64,000 nt of DNA, taken from contig JAYNYK010000004.1 in the NCBI GenBank assembly GCA_038102985.1, positions 420 through 64,419 on the forward strand, given 5' to 3'. This stretch comes from Halieaceae bacterium (GTDB taxonomy: Bacteria > Pseudomonadota > Gammaproteobacteria > Pseudomonadales > Halieaceae). Both the position numbers and the translations under genes were made by a program. Positions 40,312-49,525 of this stretch are shown one piece after another. Within the stretch, counting starts at the first letter, position 1. Every line of letters starts with the position of its first letter. The notes under the pieces were generated by a model. It saw only the letters and a program-made list of their open reading frames with translations, ran no database searches and was not told where the DNA came from.

Positions 40312-41328
40312 ATGAGCACCCAAGACCTTGACCTCTCTCAGCTTGAACCTTGGCTTCGCAGCCACGTACCCGATTTTACCGGCCCAGTGAGCGCTGAAAA
40401 ATTCGCCGGCGGGCAATCGAATCCGACCTTCAAACTGACCGCAGGGGACAAGCAGTACGTGCTGCGCCGCAAGCCTCCCGGAGAACTGCTGGCCTCAGCC
40501 CACGCGGTAGATCGAGAATACCGGGTCTTGGACGCACTACGCCATACCGACGTGCCCGTGCCTGAAGCGATAGCGCTATGTGAGGACGACGAGGTGATTG
40601 GTTCCATGTTCTATGTAATGGAGCACCTTGAAGGGCGTATATTTTGGGATCCCGCCGTACCCGAGGTTGATAACACCGAGCGCACCGCCATATACGATGA
40701 AATGAATCGTGTGTTAGCCGCGCTGCACTCAGTAGACATCAATGCCGTAGGACTGGGGAATTACGGCAAACCCGGTAACTATTACGCGAGGCAAATTGGC
40801 CGTTGGACCAAGCAGTATCGTGCATCGGAAACCGAAACCGTCGCGGATATGGAAGCGCTAATTGCGTGGCTACCCAACCATATCCCCGAGGATAGTGAGA
40901 CAGTGACGCTAGTGCATGGCGACTATCGGCTGGACAATATGATTTTCCATCCGACCGAACCGCGCATCGTTGGTATTTTGGACTGGGAGCTGTCTACGCT
41001 GGGAGATCCTTTGGCCGATTTGGCGTATCAACTAATGGCCTGGCAGTTCCCCCGGGAAGGTGGCATCGCAGGCTTGGAGGGACTGGATCGCATTCAACTC
41101 GGCCTACCCTCAGATGAGGCGTACATCAAGGCCTACTGTGAGCGAACAGGGCGCAGCGGGATCGACAACTGGCCATTTTACATGGCGTTTTGTTTCTTCA
41201 GAATCGCCGCAATTCTGCAAGGGATAAAAAAACGTGCCCAAATCGGCACCGCATCGAGTGCCGAGGCCGACAGTAGAGCAATCATGGTGGGCCCCTTGGC
41301 GGCACTTGGGGCTGCCTGCATTTCCTAA
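40312..41328 (+). CDS. APH-family phosphotransferase (ACAD10/ACAD11 kinase-domain-like)
   Basis: GGQSNPTF, VLRRKPPG.LL.SAHAVDREY, HGDYRLDN, LDWELSTLGDPLADLAY; GAGG RBS before 40312. Confidence 0.85.
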   Translation: MSTQDLDLSQLEPWLRSHVPDFTGPVSAEKFAGGQSNPTFKLTAGDKQYVLRRKPPGELLASAHAVDREYRVLDALRHTDVPVPEAIALCEDDEVIGSMFYVMEHLEGRIFWDPAVPEVDNTERTAIYDEMNRVLAALHSVDINAVGLGNYGKPGNYYARQIGRWTKQYRASETETVADMEALIAWLPNHIPEDSETVTLVHGDYRLDNMIFHPTEPRIVGILDWELSTLGDPLADLAYQLMAWQFPREGGIAGLEGLDRIQLGLPSDEAYIKAYCERTGRSGIDNWPFYMAFCFFRIAAILQGIKKRAQIGTASSAEADSRAIMVGPLAALGAACIS

Positions 41329-41345
41329 CCCGCTGAACGAGCGCC

Positions 41346-42974
41346 TCAGGCGGCGGAGCTCTTGGGGCGGTTACGGCCGGTTGCGGCAACACCACGCCCT
41401 TTCGCGGCGGATTGAGACCGCTTCTGGGCCGCGTTGTGGCTCGACCCAGCCCGCAGCGACTTCATTTGCTGGGCAGTGGGCGGTGGCCTGCGCCGGGAGC
41501 TTTTGGGCCGTCGATAGGTGCCGGGCGCTGGTCTGAGATCGCCGTACTCGAAACGGTGCAGGATCTCCTCCAATGTTCTCGAGATTTGCGTACACCTCCG
41601 CACCGCCTCCAACCGTCTGAAGGTCGCGCGCCGCCCCTCATTGACCAACAATCGCAGTTCCTCTGTGCTCGGCTGGCTGATCAATTTTAGGGGGTTCTGC
41701 AACCGGAATTTGGGAACGATATTGATGTCCCCGGAATACTCTTGATCAAGTAACGCATGAATACTATGCAGCATCATGTTGAATTTAGGCCAATTATCGC
41801 CATATCGTTTTGCCACGCCCCGGTAAAAGTTGAGCATCTCTCTCCCAATGCCAATGCCAAGGGATGAAGCAGCGCGGCGCACGGGTCGCGCGCGCTCGTC
41901 ACGGGGAAGGAAAGCGCGGGCAATAGGATTGACCATGCTGACAATATAGTGATTGGTTGAAAACAACCGAGAGAGCCTTTTTGCGGGGAGGTCATCGGCG
42001 ACGGAACCATCTACCCAACGGCGCGCGGGGAGGTAGGGCTGAGACTCTCCTCTCTCGTTCTTTGCCTGCAGCATGACCGGCGGGAAAACACCAGGAATAG
42101 CGCAGGATGCCATCGCCGCAGAGCGCAGGTAAACATTAGGGGACGACACCGCGTTCAACAAACGCGAGCGCTGATGGGGCTCAGCAGGCGCAACGGTGAT
42201 ACTGACCTGCCTACCCGTTTTCGCATAGGCCTCGGCAAAGGTGAGGTCAGGAATAGTCGCTGCTATCAGCTGCTCGGTATTTTCAGCGGTAAATCGATCC
42301 CCGGCACCGGTCAACCATCTCCGAATAAGACCAGCAGCATCGCTACCGCCAGACTCGAGCAGGCGAATAAAATCCAGATGCTGCATTTCTTCGTCGGTAT
42401 AAGCACCGAGCGCTGCAGCCACGATGGACCCTGCACTGGAGCCTGATATCACCCGCGGCAGCAAGCCATGCTTCAGCAACTCGGTGACAACGCCGACATG
42501 CAAAAACCCCAGCACACCACCACCACTCAGCATCAAAGCTGACCGGCCGTAACACACGTTGCTGCGGTAAAAAAAATCCAGCTTCTGCTGAACAGGAATC
42601 ACATCCTCGGGCAACTCCGCCAGCAATCTGAGTGCCTCGTCAATTTCCTGAATATACTGCTCGATCAGTACCTTGGTGCCCGACTTGGCCTGACGGTACA
42701 GCACGCTCTTGCCCATACCCCCCATATTGCCGTGTATGCCCTCGTTGAGCGCATACAACAATCCGGGCCAGTCTTTTTGCTTGCGGAATTTGCGCAACCG
42801 GTCCAAGCGATACCGTATTTGCGCGTGATCATAAAGGTCGGAAGTTTCCTCGAGTCGCCACTCGGCCATGCCGCTCGCCGCATCATGCGCCTGCGCGCCC
42901 AGAAGCCACGCTTCGTAGGATTGCGCGAGATCCATGTCTCGCTCGTACTGCCGCAACGCCGATTTAGCCGTCAA
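41346..42974 (-). CDS. DUF3336/patatin-domain lipase (TGL/SDP1-like)
   Basis: LSGGG oxyanion motif, GSSAG nucleophile, ASCAIPG, WVDGS; N-terminal DUF3336-like region. Confidence 0.82.
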   Translation of the reverse strand: MTAKSALRQYERDMDLAQSYEAWLLGAQAHDAASGMAEWRLEETSDLYDHAQIRYRLDRLRKFRKQKDWPGLLYALNEGIHGNMGGMGKSVLYRQAKSGTKVLIEQYIQEIDEALRLLAELPEDVIPVQQKLDFFYRSNVCYGRSALMLSGGGVLGFLHVGVVTELLKHGLLPRVISGSSAGSIVAAALGAYTDEEMQHLDFIRLLESGGSDAAGLIRRWLTGAGDRFTAENTEQLIAATIPDLTFAEAYAKTGRQVSITVAPAEPHQRSRLLNAVSSPNVYLRSAAMASCAIPGVFPPVMLQAKNERGESQPYLPARRWVDGSVADDLPAKRLSRLFSTNHYIVSMVNPIARAFLPRDERARPVRRAASSLGIGIGREMLNFYRGVAKRYGDNWPKFNMMLHSIHALLDQEYSGDINIVPKFRLQNPLKLISQPSTEELRLLVNEGRRATFRRLEAVRRCTQISRTLEEILHRFEYGDLRPAPGTYRRPKSSRRRPPPTAQQMKSLRAGSSHNAAQKRSQSAAKGRGVAATGRNRPKSSAA

Positions 42975-43068
42975 CTACCACTACCTCGCCAATGAAGTCT
43001 GCTAACGAATCGTCAGCGATCAGCATAGAGGCTTATTGCCCTCGGGACCAGCTTGACAAACCACTGAA

Positions 43069-44598
43069 TCACACAGCCGCTTTGTAAGCATCCTGCAGGT
43101 GTCGTTTATACAACTTGCCGTTGTCCATGCGCGGCAACTGCTCCAAAAAATCAATTTTGCGCGGTACTTTCACGCTAGACAGCCGCTCACGCATCCACAG
43201 AGAGAGCGCCTCCGCCGTTTCGTCATTGGCATCCGTCCAAGCCATCGGCTGCACCACCGCCACAACTTCCTCCCCGAACTCGGGGTGGGGAACACCAAAA
43301 ACGGCCACGTCGGCCACTTTATCGTGGGTAATTAACAAACCCTCTATCTCGGCGGGATACACGTTAACGCCGCCAGTAATAATGGTGAAGTTTTTGCGGT
43401 CAGTGAGATAAAGAAAGCCTTCCTCATCCAAATAACCGACATCCCCCATCGTGCTCCAACCTTGCTCGTTAAAGGCCTCACGCGTTTTCTCGGGTTCATC
43501 AAAATACTCAAAGGGCCGGCTATTAGCGAAATAAACATCGCCAACCTCGCCCGCAGGAAGTACCTCACCCTTTTCGCCTAAAATTCGCGGCTCACCGATG
43601 ATTGCCTGGCCTACCGAGCCCTTATGAGTGAGCCAATTTGCCGAGTCGATAATGGTGAATCCGTTACCCTCGCTGCCTGAGTAATACTCCACAATTACAG
43701 GGCCCCACCAATCGATCATGGCTTCTTTCACATCAATCGGGCACGGGGCAGCGGCATGAATCGCGCATTTCATCGAGCTGAGGTCGTAGCCGCTGCGCGC
43801 TGACTCCGGGAGCTTGAGCATGCGAACGAACATAATGGGGACCCATTGACTATGGGTTGCTTGGTAGCGCTCGATCAGCGCCAAAGACTGAGCCGGATCA
43901 AAATGCTCCATGATAATACTCGTGCCACCGAGACCCAGCACCATCAGATTGTAGTGCAGAGGAGCCGCGTGATAGAGCGGAGCCGGAGACAGATAAATCG
44001 TATCTACCCCAAACCCGAAAAAAGCGCCAACACTGCCCGACATGGGATGATCAGCATGGATGCTATCCGCGTGCGGCTTCCAGTAAACGCCTTTGGGCTT
44101 GCCTGTGGTGCCAGATGAATACAGCATGGGCGCGCCGAGGAACTCGTCTCCGATAGGGGCGTCGCTAAGCTGCTCCAATTGCACCTCAAGCGACTCGAAC
44201 CCCGCGATCTCGCCACCCACCGAAAAACACCGCCCGAGCCCTGCAGCAGCATCTGCCGCCGCGGTGGCAACAGGCGCCAGACTCGCTGACGCAAAGAACA
44301 CCTTTGCCTGGCAATTGGTGATGATATACGCGGTCTCATCCTGCTTGAGGTGCGTGCTGATCGGCGTAAAAATAACCCCAGCACGAAGAGCGGCTTGGGC
44401 AACCTGCAAAAACTCTGCACAATTTTTCATCATCATTGCCACGTGGTCGCCGCGCTGGACACCGCAGGCCCGCAGCAACTGCGCGATCTGATTGGAACGC
44501 AAATCCAGCTCTCGATAGGTGACCACATCACCCGAATTAGCCAAAATATACGCTGGCCGATCTGGGGTTTCCTTGGCAAAGGCAGAAAAATGCGGCAT
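43069..44598 (-). CDS. Acyl-CoA synthetase
   Basis: YSSGTTGKPKG, PLYHAAP, EYYSGSE, MGDVGY, GGVNVYP, PRMDNGK; AAGAGG RBS before 44598. Confidence 0.9.
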   Translation of the reverse strand: MPHFSAFAKETPDRPAYILANSGDVVTYRELDLRSNQIAQLLRACGVQRGDHVAMMMKNCAEFLQVAQAALRAGVIFTPISTHLKQDETAYIITNCQAKVFFASASLAPVATAAADAAAGLGRCFSVGGEIAGFESLEVQLEQLSDAPIGDEFLGAPMLYSSGTTGKPKGVYWKPHADSIHADHPMSGSVGAFFGFGVDTIYLSPAPLYHAAPLHYNLMVLGLGGTSIIMEHFDPAQSLALIERYQATHSQWVPIMFVRMLKLPESARSGYDLSSMKCAIHAAAPCPIDVKEAMIDWWGPVIVEYYSGSEGNGFTIIDSANWLTHKGSVGQAIIGEPRILGEKGEVLPAGEVGDVYFANSRPFEYFDEPEKTREAFNEQGWSTMGDVGYLDEEGFLYLTDRKNFTIITGGVNVYPAEIEGLLITHDKVADVAVFGVPHPEFGEEVVAVVQPMAWTDANDETAEALSLWMRERLSSVKVPRKIDFLEQLPRMDNGKLYKRHLQDAYKAAV

Positions 44599-44654
44599 GA
44601 CGGCCCTCTTTTTGGGATTATGATTCAGCATCACTATACATTTTCGAGAATGAG

Positions 44655-45452
44655 ATGGTAGAGGCCGGCGCCCTTACATCAGGACGGGACATCAGAGCGC
44701 AATGCCGGGCGGGCACATTCAGTGCACAGACATCGGGACTGGCGCCGGGATTCGTTCAGGCAAACATTGTCATACTGCCCTCAGCCGTGGCCACTCATTT
44801 CCAGACTTTTTGTCAACGTAACCCCCGCCCCTGCCCTCTACTTGCCGTGAGCCCGAGCCCGGGGGATCCGACCTTGCCGGGTATGGGCGATGACATCGAC
44901 ATTCGCAGGGACCTCCCAAAATATCGGGTATGGCGTGATGGAAACTCGGCCGAGCTAGTGACCGATGTCTCCGCGCTGTGGCAGCGCGATTGGGTTGCAT
45001 TTGCCCTCGGTTGTTCTTTCTCCTTTGAAGAAGCATTACTCGAGGCGGGTTTAGAGATTCGCAACATCACCGAAGGTGTTAACGTACCGATGTACCGCAC
45101 TGACATACCCTGCGCCGCCGCCGGGCCGTTTGCCGGTGATATGGTCGTCAGCATGCGCCCGATGAATGCCGCAGACGCTATTCTTGCCATACAGATATGT
45201 GCGCGCTTTCCTTCCGTGCACGGGGCGCCCGTCCATCTCGGTGATCCTCAGCAAATTGGCATAAAAGACCTGAGCAAACCCGATTACGGCGCTGCAGTTT
45301 CTGTAAAATCCAACGAGCTACCCGTGTTTTGGGCCTGTGGCGTAACCCCGCAGAATGCCCTACGGTCCGCAAAGCTTCCGCTGGCCATCACACATGAACC
45401 CGGACATATGCTCGTGACTGATTTAAAAAATAGCGACCTGGCGATCTGCTAA
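44655..45452 (+). CDS. DUF1445/UPF0317 (YcsI-like, D-glutamate cyclase family N-terminal domain) protein
   Basis: [65 protein letters not shown]. Confidence 0.88.
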   Translation: MVEAGALTSGRDIRAQCRAGTFSAQTSGLAPGFVQANIVILPSAVATHFQTFCQRNPRPCPLLAVSPSPGDPTLPGMGDDIDIRRDLPKYRVWRDGNSAELVTDVSALWQRDWVAFALGCSFSFEEALLEAGLEIRNITEGVNVPMYRTDIPCAAAGPFAGDMVVSMRPMNAADAILAIQICARFPSVHGAPVHLGDPQQIGIKDLSKPDYGAAVSVKSNELPVFWACGVTPQNALRSAKLPLAITHEPGHMLVTDLKNSDLAIC

Positions 45453-46192
45453 TGACCCAACGACTGACACTCAATTGCGATATGGGAGAGAGCTTTGGCG
45501 CATGGGCAATGGGCGATGACGCAGCGATCATGCCGTTGATTGATGCGGCCAATATTGCCTGCGGCGGCCACGCTGGAGACCCGAGCACCATGCGCCATTG
45601 CGTATCGCTGGCGCGTCGTCATGGCGTGGAAGTGGGGGCCCATGTCTCTTATCCAGACCTTCAGGGCTTTGGACGCAGAGCCATGGATATTCGGGGCTCA
45701 GAACTCATCGACTTAATTCACCATCAAGTGGGCGGTCTCGATGGTATCGCGCGAACCCAAGGTACCCGAGTCACCTTTGTAAAACCCCACGGCGCGCTCT
45801 ATCACGCGATGCTGTCAGATCCGCAAATTCTCAATGACATCATGAGAGCGGTAGCTGGCTGGCACGCTGACTTGTCCCTCGTGGTTCTCGCCACTCCGCG
45901 TGATCGAAAAACAGTGCAACTCGCCGTAGAGCACGGATTGACGCTGCGATATGAGGCCTTTGCGGACAGGGGCTATACCAGCCGCGGGCTACTTATTCCC
46001 CGCGATAAGCCCGGTGCATTGCTAACGTTAGAGGAAGCAAAACGGCAAGCTTTGGCTATCGCCGCAGATAATCTTCGCACCCCAAAGGGAAAACGAATCC
46101 CCGTTAATGCCAATACCATTTGCGTGCATGGCGACACGCCTGCTGCGGTCAAAATGATCGGCGCAATTCGCGGCGCACTGGATAAAATGTGA
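45452..46192 (+). CDS. pxpA: 5-oxoprolinase subunit A (LamB/YcsF)
   Basis: LNCDMGESFG, NIACGGHAGD, GAHVSYPD..GFGRR, VKPHGALY, EAFADRGY, TICVHGD. Confidence 0.92.
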   Translation: MTQRLTLNCDMGESFGAWAMGDDAAIMPLIDAANIACGGHAGDPSTMRHCVSLARRHGVEVGAHVSYPDLQGFGRRAMDIRGSELIDLIHHQVGGLDGIARTQGTRVTFVKPHGALYHAMLSDPQILNDIMRAVAGWHADLSLVVLATPRDRKTVQLAVEHGLTLRYEAFADRGYTSRGLLIPRDKPGALLTLEEAKRQALAIAADNLRTPKGKRIPVNANTICVHGDTPAAVKMIGAIRGALDKM

Positions 46193-46885
46193 ATGGAATT
46201 TACCGTAGACCCCGCGGGCGATCTGGGTTTTCGTCTGGCGTTTTCGACAACGCCCGAGCCCTCACTGACCTGCGGGTTACTGGCAATCCAGAGCGCCGCT
46301 CGACTGCAATTTAACGACGCCCTCGCCGACAGCATTGTCGGATACACCACGCTGACCTTGCTCTTTCGGCCCATGACGTTGGAAAGAGAACGCGTGCATT
46401 GCTGGCTAGAGGAGCAGGCTCAACGCATTTCTGATCCTATCGATATCCCTGATCCCGGGCATAAAACGGTGACCCTTCCTGTGCTCTACCATTCCACCGT
46501 TGCACCCGATCTGGAGTGGCTTGCTGAAGATAAAGGTCTGGCGGTCGATGACGTTATAAAGTTGCACAGTGAAAATAGTTATTTCGCCTATGCGACCGGG
46601 TTCGCGCCGGGATTCTGCTACCTCGGCACCGTAGATGAGCGTCTGGCAACGCCCCGGTTGAGCACCCCCCGGGCAGAAGTACCCGCTGGCGCAGTCGCGA
46701 TTGCTGACCGGCAAACCGCCGTTTACCCCTGCTCCTCGCCAGGGGGTTGGCGTCTGATTGGCACCTGCCCGACACCGCTTTTCACGTTGAAGGCGGATCC
46801 GGCTGCGTTACTCTCCGTCGGAGACACCGTCAAATTTGAGCCAATTTCAATCGCCGATTTCAAGACCATGCAGCGCGATCAGTGA
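46193..46885 (+). CDS. pxpB: 5-oxoprolinase subunit B (KipI-like)
   Basis: GFAPGFCYLG, PRLSTPR..VPAGAVAIA..QTAVYP..SPGGWRLIG. Confidence 0.9.
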   Translation: MEFTVDPAGDLGFRLAFSTTPEPSLTCGLLAIQSAARLQFNDALADSIVGYTTLTLLFRPMTLERERVHCWLEEQAQRISDPIDIPDPGHKTVTLPVLYHSTVAPDLEWLAEDKGLAVDDVIKLHSENSYFAYATGFAPGFCYLGTVDERLATPRLSTPRAEVPAGAVAIADRQTAVYPCSSPGGWRLIGTCPTPLFTLKADPAALLSVGDTVKFEPISIADFKTMQRDQ

Positions 46886-47817
46886 AAGTCATGAGAACAC
46901 TGACCCTTGTTCGCTCAGGAATTGCAACCAGCATTCAGGATGCGGGTCGCACTGGCCGGCAGCACAACGGCGTGCCACCGGGCGGTGCAATGGACGCATT
47001 CGCCCTGCGCATAGGTCAACACCAGTTGGGACATCGTGCAGACGAGGCTGCACTGGAATTCGTTTATGGCAGTTTGGCTTTTACAACATCGGCGCCCTGT
47101 CGCTTTATCGTGACGGGGGCACCCGCAATCATTACGATTGACGGCACAAAAAGCCACAGCGGTCAGGTCGAGGAGACTCAAGCTCACCAGATGGTAAACA
47201 TCAAGCCCAGCGGAAAGGGTGTGTACAGCTACCTTCATGTGGCGGGAGGTATTGACACCCCACCCTGCCTCGGTAGCCGAAGCACTTCGCCACGAGAGCG
47301 GCTTGGTGGCCTCAACGGGCATTATCTTTGCGACGATGACGTCTTGCCCTTGGGGCCAGAGCAAACCTCATCCGAGCCATCGTATCCGCTGGCGTCGAAC
47401 ATCAGTGCGCCCGAGACGCTATTGCTCAGATTCATCCCCGGATTCCAATTCGATTTGTTCTGTGTCGAGACGCAACATCACTTTGAATCACAGCTTTTCT
47501 CTGTCACTCCTCGAGCCAATCGCATGGGTGTCGCGCTGGACGGTAATCCCGTTGAAACAGGCCTGGCGTCGCTGCTATCCGAGGCCACCTGTTACGGTGC
47601 CATCCAAATACCTCCCGATGGCAAACCAATTATTTTGCTCAATGACCGGCAAACGGTTGGCGGCTACCCCAAAGCGGGCGCGGTTATTCGCGGAGATTGC
47701 CGTCGCCTGGTCCAATCTCAGCCGGGCCAACGCGTGCAGTTCGTCGCTATCAGTCCTCAGGAGGCAGACCGCATAGCCTGGCTGGAGCACCACTACCTCG
47801 AGACCAAGCTAGCATGA
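46882..47817 (+). CDS. pxpC: 5-oxoprolinase subunit C (KipA-like)
   Basis: IQDAGR.G, GAMD, GSRST, NRMG, GAIQIPPDGKPIILLNDRQTVGGYPK. Confidence 0.9.
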   Translation: MKVMRTLTLVRSGIATSIQDAGRTGRQHNGVPPGGAMDAFALRIGQHQLGHRADEAALEFVYGSLAFTTSAPCRFIVTGAPAIITIDGTKSHSGQVEETQAHQMVNIKPSGKGVYSYLHVAGGIDTPPCLGSRSTSPRERLGGLNGHYLCDDDVLPLGPEQTSSEPSYPLASNISAPETLLLRFIPGFQFDLFCVETQHHFESQLFSVTPRANRMGVALDGNPVETGLASLLSEATCYGAIQIPPDGKPIILLNDRQTVGGYPKAGAVIRGDCRRLVQSQPGQRVQFVAISPQEADRIAWLEHHYLETKLA

Positions 47818-48668
47818 CGCTGCGCATCAGCAACGCAACCGTCGACGCGATTGAATTGCTACTGATAAAGCATGATCACCGGGGTATGAGTCGAATCCGT
47901 CAAGTACTCAATCCGGGTTACCTTGGCAGAGCCGCTGAACTGCTGCGAGCACAGCGAGGCATCGCCTATATTATTACCGGATTCCCCGTGGCTGGCTCCT
48001 TCGAAACGGATGGGCCAGCGGGAGCGATTGCGCTGTATCGGCTCTGCGAACAACTCCAACTCCAGCCCGTTATTGTGTCGGAGCACTCTCTCACCCAATA
48101 TCTTGCGCCGACATTGCGATGTCTCGAGTTAGCCGCAGGTACGAGGGAGGAAGTACAGCAGTCAGTTCGGGATCTCTATCAGCGGACAGCTCCTGCGCTG
48201 ATCATCAGCATAGAGCGGCCAGGAGCGGCGAAAGACGGACGTTACTACAACATGGCGGGCGTCGATATTTCCGCGAACTGCTCCCCTGCCGAACCCTATC
48301 TTGAGCTGGCGTCCTGCCCGATTATTGCAATCGGTGACGGCGGCAATGAATTGGGTATGGGCAAGGCCATTGCGGCGCTGGATGGAATGGATATTCATCC
48401 CGCTATCTGCACCTGCGATGAATTAATAGTGGCCGACGTTTCAAACTGGGGCGCCTACGCCCTGTGCGCGCTAACATACGCGCAACATGAGACCATACCC
48501 GATATCAGTGCGGCGCTCCGTGAAGATCTCGCCTTTCTCGTGGCGGCAGGTGCTGTGGATGGCGTCACCGGTAAGCGGCTCGCCACCGAGGATGGATTTC
48601 CAGAAGATGCCGGCGCCGAACTGGTAGACCGCGTGATCGAATTGCTTCATCAAAGGAACAAGCTATGA
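47814..48668 (+). CDS. DUF4392 (D-glutamate cyclase C-terminal domain) protein
   Basis: TGFP, ETDGPAGA, ISIERPG, DGRYYNM.G, IGDGGNELGMG, VSNWGAY, GAVDGVT; ATG overlaps pxpC stop. Confidence 0.85.
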   Translation: MTLRISNATVDAIELLLIKHDHRGMSRIRQVLNPGYLGRAAELLRAQRGIAYIITGFPVAGSFETDGPAGAIALYRLCEQLQLQPVIVSEHSLTQYLAPTLRCLELAAGTREEVQQSVRDLYQRTAPALIISIERPGAAKDGRYYNMAGVDISANCSPAEPYLELASCPIIAIGDGGNELGMGKAIAALDGMDIHPAICTCDELIVADVSNWGAYALCALTYAQHETIPDISAALREDLAFLVAAGAVDGVTGKRLATEDGFPEDAGAELVDRVIELLHQRNKL

Positions 48669-49525
48669 GCGTAGCGTACCTGAACGGAGAATTTTTGCCG
48701 TTACACGAGGCAAAAATATCGCCGATGGATCGAGGGTTTCTCTTCGGCGATGGCGTTTATGAGGTCATTCCCTGCTATGGGGGGCAAGCAGTGGCGATGC
48801 CCTACCATATGGAGCGGTTGAGACACTCCCTCGAGGGTATCAAGCTCGGCACTGACACATCTGATTCAGAGTTAGTCTCGGTGATTGAGAAGCTGATCGA
48901 ACTTAATGGGGGCGGCAACTTAGGGATTTACCTACAGATCACTCGCGGCGCTTCGGAGAAGCGACAACACGCCTTCCCAGCGCAAGCTGTACCTACCCTG
49001 TTTGTTTACACCTTCCCCATCGACCTACCATGTGACGGGTCACTGGATACTGCAAGTTGCTTTACCACGGTGACTCGGTCTGATTCGAGGTGGGGCAGAT
49101 GTCACATCAAATCCACCGCCCTCCTGGGCAATGTGCTGCACATGATGGAAGCCATCGATGAGGGCGCAGAGGAGGTCTTGCTGTTCAATGAACACGACCA
49201 ACTTACCGAGGCTGCTGCCTGCAACGTTTTTGTCGTAAAGGACGGCCGCATCCGCACCCCCGAACTGGATCATCAGAAACTGCCGGGAGTGACCCGTCGT
49301 TTATGCCTTGAACTCATTGAGGCGCATACAGATTGGCAAGTGCAAGTGGGACCAATCAGTCGCGATACCGTCATGTCTGCCGACGAGGTTTGGCTCAGCT
49401 CATCGACCAAAGAATTGTCACCCGTCATTGCCATTGATGGCATACCCGTAGCTGATGGCGAGCCGGGGAGCTATTGGTCCGCAGCCCAACGCCTCTTTCA
49501 CCGCCATCGATTCGATATAGACTGA
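48665..49525 (+). CDS. dat: D-amino-acid transaminase (PLP fold IV)
   Basis: DRGFLFGDGVYEV, YLQITRG, RxH loop RQHAFP, RWGRCHIKS (PLP Lys), LPGVTR: D-AAT-type rather than IlvE motifs. Confidence 0.85.
   Translation: MSVAYLNGEFLPLHEAKISPMDRGFLFGDGVYEVIPCYGGQAVAMPYHMERLRHSLEGIKLGTDTSDSELVSVIEKLIELNGGGNLGIYLQITRGASEKRQHAFPAQAVPTLFVYTFPIDLPCDGSLDTASCFTTVTRSDSRWGRCHIKSTALLGNVLHMMEAIDEGAEEVLLFNEHDQLTEAAACNVFVVKDGRIRTPELDHQKLPGVTRRLCLELIEAHTDWQVQVGPISRDTVMSADEVWLSSSTKELSPVIAIDGIPVADGEPGSYWSAAQRLFHRHRFDID

Noticed and set aside
40312-41328. Aminoglycoside-resistance interpretation of the APH-family gene
   Set aside because: Motifs and lipid-gene context match the ACAD10/11-like metabolic kinases
46193-47817. 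Allophanate hydrolase / urea carboxylase or KipI/KipA sporulation-inhibitor annotation
   Set aside because: With adjacent pxpA these are established 5-oxoprolinase subunits; no urea carboxylase present
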